Assembly (NCBI GenBank): GCA_964461135.1
Contig: CAYWTB010000017.1
Location: 5,459 to 69,458, forward strand
Length of the DNA: 64,000 nt
Source of the DNA: an uncultured Caldithrix sp.
GTDB taxonomy: Bacteria; Calditrichota; Calditrichia; RBG-13-44-9
Direction of reading: 5' to 3'
Below, piece after piece: positions 60,290-64,000 of the stretch (the first letter of the stretch is position 1; every line of letters starts with the position of its first letter). Under the pieces are notes generated by a model. It did not search any database. It saw only the letters and a list, made by a program, of their open reading frames with translations, and had not been told where the DNA came from. The position numbers and the translations under genes were made by a program.

Positions 60290-62386
60290 TCAAATATTTT
60301 TAAAATTTCGACAATTTTTCAGTATCACAAAAGTCAAATCATCATGTAAAGGAGTCAGTCCACAAAATTCCACTACTGTATTAAGTAATTTATCTTTTAT
60401 CTCTTCTGCACTGGAATTGCTACATTCTTTGATTAGTCCAGCCAAACGTTCTTCTCCAAATTCTACCCCTTCTCCATTTCGGGCTTCCGTCAGCCCATCA
60501 GTATAAAATATTACAGTACCCTGACCTTTCATGGGAATGGAATATTCTTCCAGAATAGAATTAAATTTATCACCGGGATCCAATCCGATTCCGATACCGG
60601 GGGTCAGAATATTTTGGGGTTCCTGACCATTCCCACTGCAATACAGAACAGGTGTGTGACCGGCCCGGGCAAATATTAATCTTTCTTTTTCAGGATTTAT
60701 TTTGGCAATTATGGCACTGATAAATGAACGCCTTTCAATATTAGGATATAGCATCCGGTTTATATCGCAAGCCAGAGTGTAGGGGGTTTTGTGACTTTTT
60801 GCCAGCGTCTGGATTATTCCTTTAAATTCCGCCATATAAAGGGCTGCAGACGTTCCCTTACCGGAAACATCTCCAATAATAATTCCCGGATAGCCATCGG
60901 CAAAATGAAAGAAGTCATAATAATCTCCCCCAACTTCATAGGCACTGAGACAGAGGGCATCTATTGCAAAATTGTTAATGGTGGGAAGGGTTTGGGGAAG
61001 GAGTTTCAACTGAACATCCCGGGCCACTTTTAATTCCTGTTCCAGTCTCTCCCGTTCAATAGATTCCTTAAGCAGGCTGGTATTTTCTATGGCAACGGAG
61101 GCCTGGTTAGCCACTCCCTGAATCAGAGAGACATCATCAATATCAAAAGTGTATTCCTTGTTTTTGGTTGCATATATAATGCCCATCAACTGGCGTCTAT
61201 TTCCGAATAAAGGAGCGGCTATTATAGTACGGGCATCCTTTTTCCAGTTCAGCAGGGACTTCAAATAACGATGATGAGGAATATCATTGATCAGAATGGC
61301 TTCCTTCTTTTTAACAATCATCTCGTTCAATCCGTCCAGGTGCAGGAGCGGTATCGATTCCAAATCATCTTTACTCAGGTGAAGTGAGGATGTTATAATA
61401 AAATTGTTCTGTTTATCGTCATACTTGGCTAACCATGTTGACTGACTTTCCAGAACCTGGGAGGTAAGTCGGGTAATTAGGGGTAGCAGATTATTTATTT
61501 TTGTTTCACTGTTGAGCATTCTACCCAGGTCATACAGAGAGTTCAATTCTTTAATTTTTCTATCAAAAGCGCGTGCTGTGGGAATCTGAAGTAGAAGTTT
61601 AAAAACTGCGAATCCGGCATAAACCAGAAGAAAAACCCACATATTAAAAGTAAGGGCAGCAATGGTTAAACTGTAAGCCGGAAGGCTTCTTCTGTAAACA
61701 ATGTCAAACAATAGGGCAATGGCCACTAATAATGGGATGCCGATAAAAAAATAAATTATTTTCTTTTTTCGAGAAAGATAAGTAATCCATTCGTTTCGAA
61801 AGGAAAGCATAATAACAAAGATCAGAGCAAAAGTAAAAGATATATCATTGGGAAGACTCTCGTTTGCAAACCGCAATCCACTGACCGGTTGTCTGGATAA
61901 GTAAACTGAGATGGCATTGATGGTAATAGCCAGTAGGTACAGGTTAAAAATAATAGCCGTATTTCTCTTGCGTTTATAAAAAATAAATTGCTTCAGAATA
62001 AAAAGGGAAGGAACCAGGGTAAATGTTGCAATAAAAGCGGTGATAGTTGAAACTACCACAGCACTGGGTGATCTATAAACGGGGGGAAACCCGCTGCTGT
62101 ATGCAGGATCAAATATTTTATCAATTAAAAGAGATATTAGAAAATTGGCTGCAATAAGAATTGCCAGCCGAGCCAGATTCTGTTGGATAGTTAATTCATC
62201 TAAGTGTAGTTTTGCCTTTATGTAGTAATAACTCAAAAAAATAAGGCTGAAAATAATAAGTTCACGGAAAAATGAAATATCTCCAACCGAAATACTGCTA
62301 TAAAAAGAAAATAGATCAATAAAAAAAATAAGCAGTACCGCTAGTGGAATCAGAACATAAAGGATTTTTGCTAATCGTTTGACCAT
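60290..62386 (-). CDS. Membrane-integrated sensor phosphatase: about 8 TM helices + GAF + PP2C (SpoIIE family)
   Basis: N-terminal about 300 aa is polytopic. Has a GAF-like middle domain. C-terminal PP2C motifs EVGGDYYDFF…GDVSGKG…TDGLTEA. Confidence 0.75.
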   Translation of the reverse strand: MVKRLAKILYVLIPLAVLLIFFIDLFSFYSSISVGDISFFRELIIFSLIFLSYYYIKAKLHLDELTIQQNLARLAILIAANFLISLLIDKIFDPAYSSGFPPVYRSPSAVVVSTITAFIATFTLVPSLFILKQFIFYKRKRNTAIIFNLYLLAITINAISVYLSRQPVSGLRFANESLPNDISFTFALIFVIMLSFRNEWITYLSRKKKIIYFFIGIPLLVAIALLFDIVYRRSLPAYSLTIAALTFNMWVFLLVYAGFAVFKLLLQIPTARAFDRKIKELNSLYDLGRMLNSETKINNLLPLITRLTSQVLESQSTWLAKYDDKQNNFIITSSLHLSKDDLESIPLLHLDGLNEMIVKKKEAILINDIPHHRYLKSLLNWKKDARTIIAAPLFGNRRQLMGIIYATKNKEYTFDIDDVSLIQGVANQASVAIENTSLLKESIERERLEQELKVARDVQLKLLPQTLPTINNFAIDALCLSAYEVGGDYYDFFHFADGYPGIIIGDVSGKGTSAALYMAEFKGIIQTLAKSHKTPYTLACDINRMLYPNIERRSFISAIIAKINPEKERLIFARAGHTPVLYCSGNGQEPQNILTPGIGIGLDPGDKFNSILEEYSIPMKGQGTVIFYTDGLTEARNGEGVEFGEERLAGLIKECSNSSAEEIKDKLLNTVVEFCGLTPLHDDLTFVILKNCRNFKNI

Positions 62387-63651
62387 TATTCAATATATAC
62401 TTTTATCGGATCATATATCTGGTTATTATTCGACAACCTCGTGCCGCTGCTATCATATAAGACAATATTATCAGAATACCGTTGCACCAGAATTAACGAA
62501 TGATCATAAGGATTTATTCCAATGTCATCTACACTGCCGCTTAGATTCGGCAGTTCTAATTGACGATCTCCGGAAAGAGAAAGTTGCACTGCCCGGCAAG
62601 AATTAGAGGTCAGAAATTCTCCCATCCAGAAATAGTTTCTACCAACAGGTTTCCTCAGCAGGGTATAATTTCCCTCAACAGTTATCTGGTTTTGCTGATT
62701 GCTCAGTGGATCATATGAAAATACCTGGGATCTTGCAGTAATGAAATCAGTGGCAAGAATAAAAAGCGTATTGTCCTGGTAATTCATATCCTGCCCGACA
62801 TAACCGCTGTCAAAGGAAAACGTTTTGAATACACTGCCGGTAGAATTGAAAAGAGTGGTCCCATACTTACCCAGAACAGCTATTTTGGATTGCGAAATGA
62901 TATTGAGCTTAAAAAAATCCGTATTATCCAGTTTGATTGAATCTGTGATTGTTTCAATGTGTAAAAAATAGACTTCACCATTTCCGGAATCGAGGATAAT
63001 TATATTGTTGTTTTGCTGATCAAGTTTTATATCAACCGGTCTTTGAAAATCATTCTGAAAGAAGAAGTCTTCGTATCCAATATTTAAATTCAAACGGCTA
63101 ATAAGACGATATTGAGCATGGGCAAGCCAAACTTCATTATTAAGTTGATCCCAGTCCCAATTCGCCGGGGGATAATTGGTATTATATGTATTGATGGTGT
63201 GCAAAAGATCATAGGATATCTGCTTGACATTATAGCCATACCGTGATAAAATCCAAATCTTTCCCGGACCAGGTAATATTTTAACGGCCTGTGAAGGAAG
63301 ACTTTCTATATTCCCTCCCACAAGAGTAAGGCGGTAATAGTACCAACGGTTCTGCGACAATGCCGTATCGGTAAAACTGGTTGTCGTGGCGGTGAGTTCT
63401 TTATAAAGTGTAAAGTTTTTATCGTTGTCTAACGATCGATACAACCGAAAACCATCAAAATCTCTAATATCGTTGACACTCCATTTAAGTATGGCCGTAA
63501 CCTCAAGAGGTGTTATTGTGAAATTGATGGAGGGAGGAGTTTGGGAACCGGGATCAAAAAGATTTTCTTTTTGCCGATCTGAACACCTACATATAAACAG
63601 AACAGGCATCAGTGTTAAAATCCAATAAAGAAAGGCATGTATTTTTAGCAT
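62386..63651 (-). CDS. Secreted/lipoprotein with N-terminal Fn3-like domain and beta-propeller-like repeats
   Basis: Signal peptide with a Cys-containing lipobox-like segment (LFICRCS). Fn3-like segment TITPLEVTAILKWS…FRLYRS. 1-nt overlap with the downstream sensor phosphatase. Confidence 0.4.
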   Translation of the reverse strand: MLKIHAFLYWILTLMPVLFICRCSDRQKENLFDPGSQTPPSINFTITPLEVTAILKWSVNDIRDFDGFRLYRSLDNDKNFTLYKELTATTTSFTDTALSQNRWYYYRLTLVGGNIESLPSQAVKILPGPGKIWILSRYGYNVKQISYDLLHTINTYNTNYPPANWDWDQLNNEVWLAHAQYRLISRLNLNIGYEDFFFQNDFQRPVDIKLDQQNNNIIILDSGNGEVYFLHIETITDSIKLDNTDFFKLNIISQSKIAVLGKYGTTLFNSTGSVFKTFSFDSGYVGQDMNYQDNTLFILATDFITARSQVFSYDPLSNQQNQITVEGNYTLLRKPVGRNYFWMGEFLTSNSCRAVQLSLSGDRQLELPNLSGSVDDIGINPYDHSLILVQRYSDNIVLYDSSGTRLSNNNQIYDPIKVYIE

Positions 63652-63677
63652 AAAACCATCAGAATATTTAATGTATG

Positions 63678-64000
63678 TTATTTGTTCAGGAGAATATTTC
63701 TAATATCCGTGAAAACGGCCTTAACCGGCTGCAGACCATTGACCTGGTAAAAAATATTCTTATCCTGATAGTAGGAAATGACAGGTTCGGTCTGTTCGCG
63801 ATATACTTTTAAACGGTTTTGAATAGTATCTTCCCTGTCATCATCCCTCTGAATAATTTTACCTTCGCACTTGGTACAATGGCCGTCAGCAGGTGGTGGA
63901 TTGAATATTACATTATAGACCTTCCCACAGTTTGAACAAATCCTGCGGCTGGTAAGCCTGAGAATAATTTCATCTTCCGGAACAAATATTTCAATCACTT
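63678..64000 (-). CDS. adk: Adenylate kinase (C-terminal part; N-terminus lies beyond the window end)
   Basis: Zinc-lid CSNCGKVYN…CTKCEGKIIQRDDD and C-terminal …IQNRLKVYREQTEPVISYY. The M at 63998 is internal. Confidence 0.85.
   Translation of the reverse strand, partial: VIEIFVPEDEIILRLTSRRICSNCGKVYNVIFNPPPADGHCTKCEGKIIQRDDDREDTIQNRLKVYREQTEPVISYYQDKNIFYQVNGLQPVKAVFTDIRNILLNK

Noticed and set aside
1-64000. CRISPR arrays, IS elements/transposases, integrases, and tRNA/rRNA genes
   Set aside because: No regularly spaced direct repeats were seen. There were no DDE/Tnp-like or tyrosine-recombinase-like ORFs and no tRNA-like cloverleaf candidates with T-loop GTTCGA/GTTCAA motifs. Intergenic regions are short except 38812-39432.

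Overview
This 64-kb window looks like a bacterial chromosomal segment with dense coding, short or overlapping intergenic spacers and no mobile elements. Reading left to right:

- **1–8.5 kb:** a housekeeping block containing a partial CBM9/DUF5916-like secreted protein, rnhB, rpoN (sigma-54), hslVU and an ornithine carbamoyltransferase.
- **7.5–9.8 kb:** a FemAB/BioF2-like acyltransferase plus a Wzx-type flippase.
- **10–17 kb:** the classical yceD-rpmF-plsX-fabH-fabD-fabG-acpP-fabF-rnc cluster.
- **17.4–38.8 kb:** a roughly 21-kb surface-polysaccharide locus.
  - It begins with a conspicuously AT-rich Wza/Wzz/Wzy/Wzx/GT4 cassette.
  - The cassette runs, within one continuous ORF, into a GC-normal second GT4 domain.
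  - Next come AsnB-like, DegT-like, Gfo/Idh/MocA-like and hexapeptide-acetyltransferase genes, a probable UDP-2,3-diacetamido sugar pathway.
  - Then come two consecutive large fusion proteins. Each has an N-terminal bona fide transferase (WecA/MraY-type PNPT in one, GT2 in the other) fused to a complete WbaP-type phosphoglycosyltransferase scaffold whose catalytic Asp-Glu dyad is replaced. This is the most unusual feature in the window.
  - A convergent GT9/GT2/GT4 (LPS-core-like) operon closes the locus.
- **39.4–43 kb:** an MrfA/MrfB-like helicase-exonuclease pair.
- **43–47.5 kb:** an FKBP lipoprotein, relA/spoT, greA and a tandem-PspC protein.
- **47.5–49 kb:** a YHS lipoprotein, ArsR and tetraheme cytochrome c triad.
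- **49–54.5 kb:** a TPR protein and an orphan sigma-54 activator, followed by clpB. clpB is preceded by a near-consensus sigma-54 -24/-12 promoter.
- **54.5–57.4 kb:** a frameshifted htrA/degP and pfk.
- **57.4–63.7 kb:** a sigma-factor-less partner-switching operon on the minus strand. It encodes an Fn3/beta-propeller lipoprotein, a multi-TM GAF-PP2C, a STAS protein, an RsbW-like kinase and a GAF-GAF-PP2C.
- **63.7–64 kb:** a partial adk.

I recognised no rRNA, tRNA, CRISPR array or transposase.
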